Below, in pieces: positions 26,981-36,840 of a stretch of 64,000 nt of DNA (the stretch's first letter is position 1; every line of letters starts with the position of its first letter). Position numbers and translations under genes: made by a program. The stretch comes from a virus. Taxonomy: Duplodnaviria; Caudoviricetes. A model generated the notes under the pieces. That model saw only the letters and a program-made list of their open reading frames with translations, made no database searches and was not told the origin of the DNA. The stretch covers positions 1 to 64,000 of IMG/VR virus record IMGVR_UViG_3300032216_001981; one strand, given 5' to 3'.

Positions 26981-27120
26981 AAAGTCCTCCTTTGGTTGTC
27001 GCCTTTTAAAGGGCGTATGTTTATATAACTTTTTAAAGTCGTAGTTATATACTACTATAACTGATTATAACAGTGTATTATACTGGTTTTTTAGCCGTTG
27101 AACAAGATAATATGGAGATA

Positions 27121-29034
27121 TTATGCCAAAGAGTCGCCTGTGGCACGGCGAGCATTGTTTAAATCCTGCTGTGCAGAAGTCAAGTTAACCACCGCAGCTT
27201 GAATGGCTCGGGCATCGCCTCGCTGTGTGGCTTGGTCCACAGACACCTGTGCCGACGCCACTGCGGCCTGCAAAGCGGGTAGTTGACTGGTGTAGGCATC
27301 CTCCAAGGCCTGTGCGGTATCGGCTTGACTTGACACCGGTTTACCAACCTTGGAACTTCTGGCAATGTTACGACCCTCCATTAGACTGGCCTGTATAGCA
27401 TCGCCTGCGAGACTGGCAGTGGTTGCACCTGCCAATAATTTATTGTAGCCCACTTGCAGAGTATCCACTCCCATCGAGGCCAAACTGGATCCAAAACTTA
27501 GAAACGGCATAACACTGTTGCCGAGATTAACCACTGAAGTTGACAGTGTCTTGCCCGCCAACGACAAATTACTAACCTCGGTGTTGAGTTTATTCAAAGC
27601 CCCGGCTGTGGCTTGATTGCCTATGTCATAGGCCGACTTTAGAGATGCATTTACCAAGGCTTGACTATTGAGTGCGGCTATGGCAGTGTCAAGGTCGGCC
27701 TGGGCCGAAGCTACATCAGGATCGGTACTGGGATCAGCACTGGCAGCAATGGCCGCATTTAATGCAGTGGTCTTGGTAAACACATCTTGACCATATGAAC
27801 TGTTTTGCACTGCAACCACACTGGCGTTGATGTTTTTAAATGCATCTGTGTGTACAATTCCCGCCACAGACCCAATCATATCGCTCATGGTGGGATTGCC
27901 AAATGGTCCACCTCCTTGGCCCAAGAAGGGAGACAGTGCCGAAGTGACACTGGTGGGAATCAATTGAGTTAGACTTTCAAGATACTGTAGGCTTTTGGTT
28001 TCAACACCGGCAATGAAATCTCCCATTTTAAAATTGTCGGCCTGTACTCCTAGATTAGTTAAAGTATTTCCCAATTGTCCTAGGCCAGCTACACCGGCGT
28101 TGGCAATGCCCATGGCGGCCAGGGCCTGTGGTGGTAGGAATTTTTCCACTTGCAACATTTGGCTTAAATTTTGCACTGTCTGTACCAGCTTTACTCCTGT
28201 GGCTTCCTGTATTTTTTTAAGATCATCACCCTCAACTGTTGCCAACGATGCTGTCAGTACTGATTCGGGAATGGAATTTAAATCTTTGGGATCATAGCCC
28301 TGTGTTGCAATGGCATCGTTGATGCCATAACGGTCTGCTAGCCCTTTCTCCTGTAGACTTGCCACCATGCTACGACTGCTGGCCAACTTGCCTAGATTTT
28401 TAAAATCAAACAGTGTGCCAAAGTTTTGCAAACTATTGCCCACACTTTTGAGTCCATCGCCAACAAAACTACTGGCAGCTCCCGAGGGGTCCAGTGTTGC
28501 CAATGCAGTAGCTGGACTCAATGTTCCCAAGGTGCTGTTTTTTGCCGCAGAGGCCACTCCAGAAATTCCAGCCTGCAGTGATGGCATGATAGCACCAACC
28601 CCACTGGTCAACAGGCCCGTGTAATTGTTAATTCCAACTCCAAGATCACCAAAGGTTTTGCCACTGAATTGTTGCAACGCAGCGGCGTATTCGGATGCAG
28701 TAGATCCAAATACACTGGCACTGCCAAATGTGTCAAGAAAATTTTTGTTGCCCATTGCTGTGCCGGCTCCGGGCAATATGCCCTGTGCTTGTGTCAGCAC
28801 ACTGGCGCCGGTGGTGCCCGAGGTACCTAGGAAAGCGGGAAGACTGGCCAGTGTGGCAGCGAGTCCCGGTACTGCGTTGGCTCCCGAGGTGTAGGGAGTC
28901 AGTGCCGAAAAACCTGAAATCATGGGATTACTGGTTACGGTGGAAATAGCCGCGGTCATGGCCGAGTTGATGGAAAATCCATCTCCCGACATGATGCCGG
29001 TTACTGCAATTAAATTTGTTGGGGTCAATGCCAT
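27121..29034 (-). CDS. Ala/Gly/Ser-rich virion protein (baseplate hub/tape-measure-like)
   Basis: 637 aa with helical, low-complexity composition; next to PAAR and SleB; TAAATA at 29061-29056. Confidence 0.55.
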   Translation of the reverse strand: MALTPTNLIAVTGIMSGDGFSINSAMTAAISTVTSNPMISGFSALTPYTSGANAVPGLAATLASLPAFLGTSGTTGASVLTQAQGILPGAGTAMGNKNFLDTFGSASVFGSTASEYAAALQQFSGKTFGDLGVGINNYTGLLTSGVGAIMPSLQAGISGVASAAKNSTLGTLSPATALATLDPSGAASSFVGDGLKSVGNSLQNFGTLFDFKNLGKLASSRSMVASLQEKGLADRYGINDAIATQGYDPKDLNSIPESVLTASLATVEGDDLKKIQEATGVKLVQTVQNLSQMLQVEKFLPPQALAAMGIANAGVAGLGQLGNTLTNLGVQADNFKMGDFIAGVETKSLQYLESLTQLIPTSVTSALSPFLGQGGGPFGNPTMSDMIGSVAGIVHTDAFKNINASVVAVQNSSYGQDVFTKTTALNAAIAASADPSTDPDVASAQADLDTAIAALNSQALVNASLKSAYDIGNQATAGALNKLNTEVSNLSLAGKTLSTSVVNLGNSVMPFLSFGSSLASMGVDTLQVGYNKLLAGATTASLAGDAIQASLMEGRNIARSSKVGKPVSSQADTAQALEDAYTSQLPALQAAVASAQVSVDQATQRGDARAIQAAVVNLTSAQQDLNNARRATGDSLA

Positions 29035-29086
29035 AGAAATATACCTTTGTGTGTATATTTAATCTTTTTAATTAACTGCTGTTATT

Positions 29087-29344
29087 TTAATTGACTGAGA
29101 TGCCACTGCTACCCATCATGGTGATGGTGGTGTTTTTATTGGTTTTACTGCCTTTGATGGCCATGGGTTTGCCGTTGATGGTGACACCTTCACTAAACTC
29201 GCTTTGTATAATTTTACCATCTTCTAATCTACTGCCTTTGAGTGCAACAGGTTTGCCGTTGATGGTGACACCTTCGCTGACATCACTGACTATGGCTTTG
29301 TTTTTGCTATCTCTATCGCCCTTGAGTGCTGGCTGTTTGCTCAT
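29087..29344 (-). CDS. degenerate PAAR-like spike-tip protein
   Basis: Three units: PALKGD, VTINGKPVALKGS and VTINGKPMAIKGS. Confidence 0.6.
   Translation of the reverse strand: MSKQPALKGDRDSKNKAIVSDVSEGVTINGKPVALKGSRLEDGKIIQSEFSEGVTINGKPMAIKGSKTNKNTTITMMGSSGISVN
29166..29275. repeat. 26-bp direct repeat within the PAAR-like gene
   Basis: GGTTTGCCGTTGATGGTGACACCTTC at 29166-29191 and 29250-29275 (84-nt period). Confidence 0.9.
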
Positions 29345-29670
29345 TAGATTACGATTCCACCACGTGTGACTGGTTCAATACCAGTGGTGGTTTTGATGTA
29401 GTGATTTTGCAGTTGTTCCACTGTGGGAGATTTTATCATAACATGCTGACGACTTATTTCTATGTTAGACTCCGGGTCAATGCTGAACATAGACGCCATG
29501 TGCATGGGCACCAGCATGACACCTTGTTGTCCGGGCACCAACGAACAGGGCTTGCTCAGCACATAAGCATCGTTGGTGATGTCCTTAATTCGTGCAACTA
29601 CTTCCTCGCCATTGGTTAACTTGAAACTTGCAATATCCCCAATTGAAATATCATTTTTTGAAATTAACAT
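29344..29670 (-). CDS. hypothetical protein, Sm/SH3-like beta barrel
   Basis: GDIASFKLTNGEEVVARI pattern. Confidence 0.55.
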   Translation of the reverse strand: MLISKNDISIGDIASFKLTNGEEVVARIKDITNDAYVLSKPCSLVPGQQGVMLVPMHMASMFSIDPESNIEISRQHVMIKSPTVEQLQNHYIKTTTGIEPVTRGGIVI

Positions 29671-29671
29671 A

Positions 29672-29917
29672 TTATCCTTTTAATGATTGAAAAAATTCCA
29701 GTGATTGCGTTTGTAAACCTTGTAATCCGCCGGGAACTAACAGTTGCCCGTTGCGATAAATTTGCGGTACACTTCTATGTCCTTCGCTCAGCATAAATTC
29801 TCTGGCTGCAGATTGTTCATCGCATTTAATTTCTGTATAGGCAACATCGTGCGAGTCTAATAATTGTTTTGCTTGTTGGCACTGCGGACAATGGTTTTTT
29901 GAGTAAATTGTTATCAT
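29672..29917 (-). CDS. glutaredoxin (NrdC-like)
   Basis: IYSKNHCPQC, RSVPQI, GG; adjacent to nrdB. Confidence 0.9.
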   Translation of the reverse strand: MITIYSKNHCPQCQQAKQLLDSHDVAYTEIKCDEQSAAREFMLSEGHRSVPQIYRNGQLLVPGGLQGLQTQSLEFFQSLKG

Positions 29918-29924
29918 AATTTTC

Positions 29925-30683
29925 TTATCGTTTTAATAAATTTTTATTTTTTATATCAGTCAACAACATATCGGCCCATACAGCATGAGTATCAAAATTT
30001 GGATGAAACCCATCATCTTGTAAATCATTTCGATCCATTGCTAGTTCGTAAATACCGTCACGCCGGTTGTTTGCAAACAGCCATTGACTAAAATCAATTT
30101 GATCCACTAGGTATTTTAAATCTTGAAATTGATGAATTCCAAAATCCAATTGTCCCACGTGTTTTTCTCTGGTCCAATAGTTTACGTAACTGCTCATGAT
30201 GTAAGGTATATTCCTCTGTTTTAAATAACTCTGTAAACTGAGAATAGAGACCAGGGTATCTTGGGCCATGCTGCGTTCATTGCTGTACTTGTACAAGGGA
30301 TCAAATATTTCTTTGGTGGCGGGATGATGTTCCCAACTGCCCTTGATGCCACCACTGAGCACATAACTGGTTTGATGTCCGGACCAACGTACATATCCAT
30401 ATCCCTCCAATGCCGACATAACAGTTTGATCCTCGTGATCTATGGATACATCCTTGCGGGTCAATCCCGACCACATGATGATGGCCAAATCCGGAGCAGT
30501 ACGCATGTAACTGTCTAAAATTAATTTATCACCAATGTAACGATTACCGGCGCCGGGCATGCCGTTGTTTTGTAACTTTACTTCTTGACCAAATGCCTCC
30601 TGCATACGGTCAGCCAGCATGTGTGGCCAACCACGCATTTGAGCGTAGGTAAAACTGCAACCCACTGTAGTTAAGTTTATCAT
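29925..30683 (-). CDS. SGNH/GDSL-like hydrolase/acyltransferase, paralog 1
   Basis: VGCSFT (block I), GAGN (block II), DGFHP (block V). Confidence 0.62.
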   Translation of the reverse strand: MINLTTVGCSFTYAQMRGWPHMLADRMQEAFGQEVKLQNNGMPGAGNRYIGDKLILDSYMRTAPDLAIIMWSGLTRKDVSIDHEDQTVMSALEGYGYVRWSGHQTSYVLSGGIKGSWEHHPATKEIFDPLYKYSNERSMAQDTLVSILSLQSYLKQRNIPYIMSSYVNYWTREKHVGQLDFGIHQFQDLKYLVDQIDFSQWLFANNRRDGIYELAMDRNDLQDDGFHPNFDTHAVWADMLLTDIKNKNLLKR

Positions 30684-30689
30684 AATGTA

Positions 30690-31790
30690 TTATAAATTAG
30701 GTAATGCTGTGTAGTCAATGGAATCGGACATGATACCGATTACATAGTTTGTTGATTCTGACTCCTGTAGTGCAGTCTGCTTTTTGCTGGTGTCTGTGTG
30801 CTTGTTAAACCACGGAATTGGTGTTGATTTGGGTGAAGATTGCTGGTATTTGATGCCAATATCCTTCAATGCCGCTGCCGCAGTGTAATCCACAAAATCC
30901 TTAAGTATATTGGCATTGAGTCCAATCACCGGGCCCTTTTTAAACAGGTATTCGGCCCAGGACTTTTCTTCACGTATTACATCTGCATACATAGCATACA
31001 CTTCTGCTTCGCACTCCTGTTTCGCTTGAGCAAAACGTGAGTCTTCTTTTGCTACTTGATTAATCAAATAAGCAGTCCAAGCCTTGTGCAATAATTCATC
31101 TTGTAAGATTAAACTGATGATATTGCCATTACCAATAAAGATTTTGTTTTCTACCATTGCTAAACTTGTAGCAAATGAAACCATAAAACGCAAGGCTTCC
31201 AGTGCATAACTGGCATTCAGTGCCAACCAAATTGCTTTGATATGTTCTCGTTCGTCCACTGTTGCACTGGATTCTTTTAGACAATTTAGTTTATGCAGTG
31301 CATCATAGTAGTTGCCAACTGTTGATGCCATGTCAATGATTTCTTCGGTGTCGTGAATGGTGTTGAAGACATCTTTTGGTACATTGTAAATGTTGCGTAT
31401 GATATGGCTGTAACTCTTGCTGTGAATGTTTGATTCAAAAAATCCCCAGTTGTACATTAAGGCTTCAACTTCGGGTAAACTACACACCGGAGTAAACACC
31501 TGTGTTGGGCCGCGACCTTGTAGGCTATCTAGTGCTGTTTGTCTCAACAAGTTACTGGTAAAGATATGTCGAACCGCATCGCTTGCATCTTTGAAATCAT
31601 TGCTATCTTTAGTTAAACTAATTTCTTCTGGTTGCCAAAAGAATCCTCTGGCAGTGGCTTCAAAGTCAGCAATCTTGGGATAGCGTACTTCTTCAAAGCG
31701 TTGTATAGTCACAGGACCAGCTGGGTCTAGAAACATCTTGCGACCGAGATAGTTAGTTGGGGTTCGTAAATTGTATTGTTCTTTACTCAT
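30690..31790 (-). CDS. nrdB: ribonucleotide reductase class Ia beta subunit
   Basis: FFWQPEEI, DSLQGR, ESNIHSKSY, LEALRFMVSF, DELLH, ALQESE..NY. Confidence 0.95.
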   Translation of the reverse strand: MSKEQYNLRTPTNYLGRKMFLDPAGPVTIQRFEEVRYPKIADFEATARGFFWQPEEISLTKDSNDFKDASDAVRHIFTSNLLRQTALDSLQGRGPTQVFTPVCSLPEVEALMYNWGFFESNIHSKSYSHIIRNIYNVPKDVFNTIHDTEEIIDMASTVGNYYDALHKLNCLKESSATVDEREHIKAIWLALNASYALEALRFMVSFATSLAMVENKIFIGNGNIISLILQDELLHKAWTAYLINQVAKEDSRFAQAKQECEAEVYAMYADVIREEKSWAEYLFKKGPVIGLNANILKDFVDYTAAAALKDIGIKYQQSSPKSTPIPWFNKHTDTSKKQTALQESESTNYVIGIMSDSIDYTALPNL

Positions 31791-32035
31791 TGTATTCTCT
31801 TGTTAATAATTTTAATTCCGCCGTATGTAACTAGAACAAGTGTTAGTACCTTTGCAATCAATTGCCATTCTATGTTATTATCGGCTTCTATGTCGATTTT
31901 TGCAATCGGAGTATCCACGTTTACCTTTAATTCTATGGGAGCAGGTCGTGCGGCTTTTTCTTGACCGTATAAAAACATTACTGTTGCTACGCCAATCATT
32001 AAACTGATCCAAATTGATATTATTAATTTTTTCAT
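31787..32035 (-). CDS. small two-TM membrane protein between nrdA and nrdB
   Basis: Two hydrophobic segments; ATGA overlaps at both ends. Confidence 0.65.
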   Translation of the reverse strand: MKKLIISIWISLMIGVATVMFLYGQEKAARPAPIELKVNVDTPIAKIDIEADNNIEWQLIAKVLTLVLVTYGGIKIINKRIQ

Positions 32036-34353
32036 AATTTACAGGCCTCGCAGGATTCTTCACCATCAAAGTCAATCGGTTCTAGCATTGGGGGTGTATC
32101 TTCTGCTTCGGCCTTAGCACCTTGTTTATTCACGAGGCTATAATAAAAAGTTTTCAATCCCCAATAGTGACTTTGCATCAAGTTCTTAGCAATCAGTGTA
32201 GTTGGGACTTTTCTGTCAGCAAAATGTGCAGGGTTATAAAAAGTATTTGTACTGATACTTTGATCCACATAGGCCGCAATCACTGCGGCTGTTTTTAAAT
32301 AACCATCACAGTCTTTCTGTTCCCACATGAGTTGATACCGGTTCTTTAACTTGTGATATTCAGGAACAACCTGTGTAAAACTTCCAGCTTTGCTTTCTTT
32401 AACCGAGATCAAACTCATGGGCATTTCAATACCATTGGTTGAATTGATTACAACACTAGAACTTTCAACTGGGGCAACTGCCATTAAAGTAGCATTACGC
32501 ACACCATATTGCCGCATGTTGGTTCTTAGTGTTTCCCAATCCAGTTCAGGAGCAAAGTCTGCCAAGTCATTAACACCTGGGGCACGACGCTCCCATGGAA
32601 ACTCACCTTGACCGTAACGTGTTCTATCACTGTGCAAGCAAGCACCACGCTCGCGGGCAAGTTCCACAGTGGCTTCGGTTAAATAAAATGCCTGATGTTC
32701 CATCCATGTTTTAACATCTTGCAGTGCATCCTGCTCGCCGTATTGGTAACTGCGTTTGGCATGCCAGTAGGCCAAGTTAGTGACACCAATGCCCAAGGGT
32801 TGAATTTCGTCATTGCTTAGTCGGCTTTGTACGCTGAGGAAATCTTGGTAGTCAAGTATGTTGCATAGGCTACGTTGCAAGATACGGCAAGCACGGCGCA
32901 TGTCTTCGGGATTACGGAATGCTCCCCAGTTGATTGAACCCAAGGTACACAAAGCAATTCTGCCCGTGTCGTCATCTAATCTCTTAAAAGGTTTGGTGGG
33001 TAATAGTATTTCACAGCACAGGTTACTTTGATAGATGGTGTGATACTCGGGATCAAACGGTCCTTGATTCTGAACATTGTCAATGTATACAAGATAGATA
33101 CGCCCAGTATCTGTGCGTTCTTTCAGTATGCCCGATTTAAATACTTCTTCTGCACTCATTGTTTTCTTACGCAGGTCTCGACGCTGTTCATACTCAACAT
33201 ATAGTTTTTCAAACTGTTCTGTATTTTTATAAAAAGCCTCGTACAAGTCTGGAACTTCGTTGGGATCAAAGAAAGTAATATCTTCTTTATTTTTAAATCT
33301 ACGCCAAAAGAAAGCACTGAGTACTACACCATAGTCCATGTGCCTAACTCGAGTTTCTTCTGTGCCTTGATTGTTTTTTAAAACAATTAAATCATCGAAC
33401 TGATGATGCCATATGGGATAAAACACTGTGGCACTTGCGTTGCGAATACCACCTTGACTGCAACTACGCAAGTCGCCAAACCATTTTTTAAGGAATGGAA
33501 TCATACCTGTGTGCATGATTTCTCCACCACGTATGGGCGAGCCCAAGGGACGCAGTCTTCCAATTTCCAAACCAATACCGGCACGTTTGCTGGCATACTT
33601 GGCCATCATCTCACCCGATGCAAAGATGCTGTCAAGGTCATCGTCGGCCTTGATCAGCACACATGAACTAAATTGTTTTGTGGGAGTACCCAAGCCGGCC
33701 AACACTGGAGTGGCCAGTGTAAAAAGTCCATCACTGGCACAGTTGTAATATTCTTTAATATAACGCATACGTGCCGAGTTGGGTTCTTCTCTATGGAACA
33801 CTGTTGCAGCCGCAACCATGTATCTAATTTGTGGAGTTTCGTATGTTTGTCGTGTTGCACGATTTTTAACAAGATATTTTTCAATCAACTGCTCAATAGC
33901 AGCATAGGAATACTGTTCGTCTCGATCATGATCCAACATGTCGTTCATTCTGTTCCAGTCATCTTCAGTGTACCACTCCAGTAGTTCTGGGGTATATAAT
34001 CCTGTGGCGACATTTGTTTTTACGATTTCATACAGATGTGGAACTGCGTATGAACCATACACATCTTTGCGTAACATGCTTAAACGTTGTTTGCCTGCCA
34101 CGTATTGATAATTGACATGTCCCACATCGGGATTGGTTTCTACATCGATGAGATCCACTATGGCTCTTAGGGTTATTTCGTCAATTTCTTTGGTTGTAAT
34201 ACCGTCATAAAAGTGCGGTTGGCTTTTAATTTCTATCATACTCTGACTGACGTCAGCAATTCCAGTGCATATTTTATTGATTTGTGTTTGCCACTTTTCC
34301 ACTGCCAACGGTTCTTTTGTGCCGTTTCTTTTTACAACTTGAATTGATGTCAT
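32032..34353 (-). CDS. nrdA: ribonucleotide reductase class Ia alpha subunit
   Basis: ATP cone (VVKRNG), ATPVL, FSSCVL, SQGGIR, QSNLCCEI, CTLGSIN, C-terminal CEACKL. Confidence 0.97.
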   Translation of the reverse strand: MTSIQVVKRNGTKEPLAVEKWQTQINKICTGIADVSQSMIEIKSQPHFYDGITTKEIDEITLRAIVDLIDVETNPDVGHVNYQYVAGKQRLSMLRKDVYGSYAVPHLYEIVKTNVATGLYTPELLEWYTEDDWNRMNDMLDHDRDEQYSYAAIEQLIEKYLVKNRATRQTYETPQIRYMVAAATVFHREEPNSARMRYIKEYYNCASDGLFTLATPVLAGLGTPTKQFSSCVLIKADDDLDSIFASGEMMAKYASKRAGIGLEIGRLRPLGSPIRGGEIMHTGMIPFLKKWFGDLRSCSQGGIRNASATVFYPIWHHQFDDLIVLKNNQGTEETRVRHMDYGVVLSAFFWRRFKNKEDITFFDPNEVPDLYEAFYKNTEQFEKLYVEYEQRRDLRKKTMSAEEVFKSGILKERTDTGRIYLVYIDNVQNQGPFDPEYHTIYQSNLCCEILLPTKPFKRLDDDTGRIALCTLGSINWGAFRNPEDMRRACRILQRSLCNILDYQDFLSVQSRLSNDEIQPLGIGVTNLAYWHAKRSYQYGEQDALQDVKTWMEHQAFYLTEATVELARERGACLHSDRTRYGQGEFPWERRAPGVNDLADFAPELDWETLRTNMRQYGVRNATLMAVAPVESSSVVINSTNGIEMPMSLISVKESKAGSFTQVVPEYHKLKNRYQLMWEQKDCDGYLKTAAVIAAYVDQSISTNTFYNPAHFADRKVPTTLIAKNLMQSHYWGLKTFYYSLVNKQGAKAEAEDTPPMLEPIDFDGEESCEACKL

Positions 34354-34361
34354 TGAATCCT

Positions 34362-34811
34362 CTAATATTCTTGTAATTTTAAATCTGTACTGCTGTAGGT
34401 TTTAATGTGTGCTAGATTTTTATTTATTGAAACAATATTTACTACTTTGCCATCTTGGAAATTAAGCACATATTTTCCTTGATCTAAAACAACTAAATTG
34501 TAAGTGTGTTCGGTATCTAAATCTTTATATATGTGTATTTCTGCACTCAACTCAGCACCGTGATGTGTAAAGTATACAGTATACAACATACCAGCAGCAC
34601 GAGCAAGATCGCAGTAGTGATTTTCTGCAATCAACTCCCATGGTGTAGGCCATGTCATGGGATAATCTGGATCTAAATAAAAAGGAGAGAATGGACAATG
34701 GTGCCAAAAATCAGCTGTGTTTTGCAGTGCCTGATCCACGGGCAAGGAGTCTAGGGTTTTTCTAAAGGCTTTCCAGCGAGCAATACGCTCACTGGCGGGT
34801 AGTTTCCACAT
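34362..34811 (-). CDS. hypothetical protein
   Basis: 149-aa ORF; WPTPWELI...YC. Confidence 0.7.
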   Translation of the reverse strand: MWKLPASERIARWKAFRKTLDSLPVDQALQNTADFWHHCPFSPFYLDPDYPMTWPTPWELIAENHYCDLARAAGMLYTVYFTHHGAELSAEIHIYKDLDTEHTYNLVVLDQGKYVLNFQDGKVVNIVSINKNLAHIKTYSSTDLKLQEY

Positions 34812-34814
34812 GAA

Positions 34815-35357
34815 TTATTTTATGTAATATACTTGATACAACATAGTAGTTGCAGTGGTTGTGGTGTAATATAAATTGGCTTGAGTGGTATTGCCATTGG
34901 CCGAGAATACAATATCTGTTACTGCTGTTTGGTTGTATTCTTCATCGTAAGAGACTGTACTGCTTGTAGCGTATCTTGACAAGTCAATTGCCCCACTGCG
35001 TTGTACAGATCCTTGGTTCAGTGTGTATTTAATTATTGCATTGTTGGAGGTGATTGAAGTAATTTGCCCCGACGAAGTAGAAGGTAACGATATATTTACA
35101 GTTTTAGGTAATTGCCCGGTTAATTGATTTTGTATTTGAGTCAGTGCGTCTTGAATGGCTGTTAAATTGGCACCCGAACCCTGTGGATAAATTAAAGTTT
35201 TGCCGCCGGGCACAGGTGCACCCTCGCTGGCAGTGCCATTGCCGATCCACAACTCCATGGTGTCGTTGCTCCAACCAAGTTCGCCCGAGGCTAAATTTGG
35301 AAGATCCTGGCTGAGACCTCTACGTATCTGTATTTTTGAAATTTGTGTTATTGCCAT
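34815..35357 (-). CDS. virion structural protein (Mtd-N-like N-terminus)
   Basis: ISKIQIRRG...LASGELGWSNDTMELWIGNG; TAAATA at 35390-35385. Confidence 0.65.
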   Translation of the reverse strand: MAITQISKIQIRRGLSQDLPNLASGELGWSNDTMELWIGNGTASEGAPVPGGKTLIYPQGSGANLTAIQDALTQIQNQLTGQLPKTVNISLPSTSSGQITSITSNNAIIKYTLNQGSVQRSGAIDLSRYATSSTVSYDEEYNQTAVTDIVFSANGNTTQANLYYTTTTATTMLYQVYYIK

Positions 35358-35387
35358 GCTTAAATATTCCTAGTTGTATCTAAGTAT

Positions 35388-36098
35388 TTAGTTTGCAAGA
35401 TAGTATAGTTCAACTCTCTTATTCCATTCTCCCACATAATGATCAAATTCTGCACCTTCCAGTACAAATTCTTGATACACCGGAGTATTGTACACTCCCG
35501 GTGATGTTTCTTTGGGTTGCACACACATCATAATGACCCCTTTGCGTATATCAGTTTTGTGCATGTGGTTGTGTGCCTGTGCGTAGGCTGCCAATTGTAC
35601 AAAATAATCGCCGATATATTCACGTTTTTTAGGTTTATTACTTTGTTTATAGTCCATAATTGCAGGCTCGCCACCATGTACTCCCACCGAGTCAGTTGTT
35701 CCGGCGTATAACCCGCTGTAATACACCGGCACTTCAACTCCCCATACTTCCTCAATGAGTGCAAATCCGTCTAGAATTACCTGTGCCGCCATGAGCCAGC
35801 TGGGCATAGCAAAAGGATTGGTGGGAGGATCACGCATGTCTCCAGTTTTGACATAGTGTTCTAAGTAGGTGTGCATTCGTGTACCCCTATTGGCGGCTTC
35901 GGTTGTGATCTGTTGAGCACGTTCTACACCAATGCTTTGACGCCAACGATCCAGTGCCTGTTTAGATTCTTCGCTTTTGGTTCGATCTAAAATTGATGTT
36001 ACGCTGGCAACTTTAGATCCATCGGGCAAGCAATAGTGTCTTTTTCCATCTATGGTTTCACGACTGAGGGGTTCATAATTGTATCGAGATATTAGCAT
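35388..36098 (-). CDS. PD-(D/E)XK exonuclease (Cas4/RecB-like, no Fe-S cysteines)
   Basis: SVTSIL, RGTRMH, EVPVY, AGTTD, IMDYKQS, QLAAYA. Confidence 0.85.
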   Translation of the reverse strand: MLISRYNYEPLSRETIDGKRHYCLPDGSKVASVTSILDRTKSEESKQALDRWRQSIGVERAQQITTEAANRGTRMHTYLEHYVKTGDMRDPPTNPFAMPSWLMAAQVILDGFALIEEVWGVEVPVYYSGLYAGTTDSVGVHGGEPAIMDYKQSNKPKKREYIGDYFVQLAAYAQAHNHMHKTDIRKGVIMMCVQPKETSPGVYNTPVYQEFVLEGAEFDHYVGEWNKRVELYYLAN

Positions 36099-36121
36099 TA
36101 GTTAAGTAAAGGTTATGGGGG

Positions 36122-36742
36122 TCACAGCAGTTGGCTGGCCAATGGGGTCAGTGCTGTGGGATACGCTTGATCTTGACGACAAAAATCGTTGATCTTTTCA
36201 GCCAACCGTTGGTTTGTTTTATATAATTCGTCTATGTACCAATAGGGCACTGTACGCTCGTAGAAATTGTTGGGTAATTCAGGAATAGCAGTTGTTAGAT
36301 TTAAATTGTAATGTTTATTTAAAACCACAGGCAAAAGATCGAGTTCACTGACATCAAAGAATACACCATTGGCAAGTGAGTTTGTATAGGCTTGATACAA
36401 GCCACTGTGACAGCTTTTATCTGATCGCACTATGGGTATTTGACAGTGACCTGGTTCGATCCAAGACAATATAAATTTCATTGCTGTTTCTTTGACTTGA
36501 CTCCAAGAATGTGTATTTAGATTCACTACGTTTTGATCCAACATTATTCCATGTAGGTCAGCTGCTATACCACGTATGATTCTATCGTAACTGTTTCTAT
36601 AAGGGAAATACCAATCTAAATTCTCCGTACGGATGTCGTTGATAAATTCTAAATTATTTTGTCGGGCCCATTCGGTTATGCTGTAGGCACAACATTCGGG
36701 GATCACAGCAACAGCAAATTCTCCGTTGGTTACAACGTTCAT
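36122..36742 (-). CDS. hypothetical protein, degenerate sulfotransferase-like
   Basis: VIPECCAYSI and YRNSYDRIIRG resemble the IPK.ASTS and RNP.DR..S PAPS motifs, but the Lys is replaced by Glu. Confidence 0.35.
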   Translation of the reverse strand: MNVVTNGEFAVAVIPECCAYSITEWARQNNLEFINDIRTENLDWYFPYRNSYDRIIRGIAADLHGIMLDQNVVNLNTHSWSQVKETAMKFILSWIEPGHCQIPIVRSDKSCHSGLYQAYTNSLANGVFFDVSELDLLPVVLNKHYNLNLTTAIPELPNNFYERTVPYWYIDELYKTNQRLAEKINDFCRQDQAYPTALTPLASQLL

Positions 36743-36840
36743 ATTTTAAATGTCTCCCTATCAAAATTTCTAAGATAACACCATGGTCTCCTCATACAAG
36801 TATAATTATAGAGGTTAGTTATCATTGTGTAAATACTTGT

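Noticed and set aside
35388-36098. Cas4-like nuclease as a sign of a CRISPR system
   Set aside because: It has no Fe-S cysteines, and no other cas genes or repeat-spacer array are visible; it fits a standalone phage PD-(D/E)XK exonuclease.
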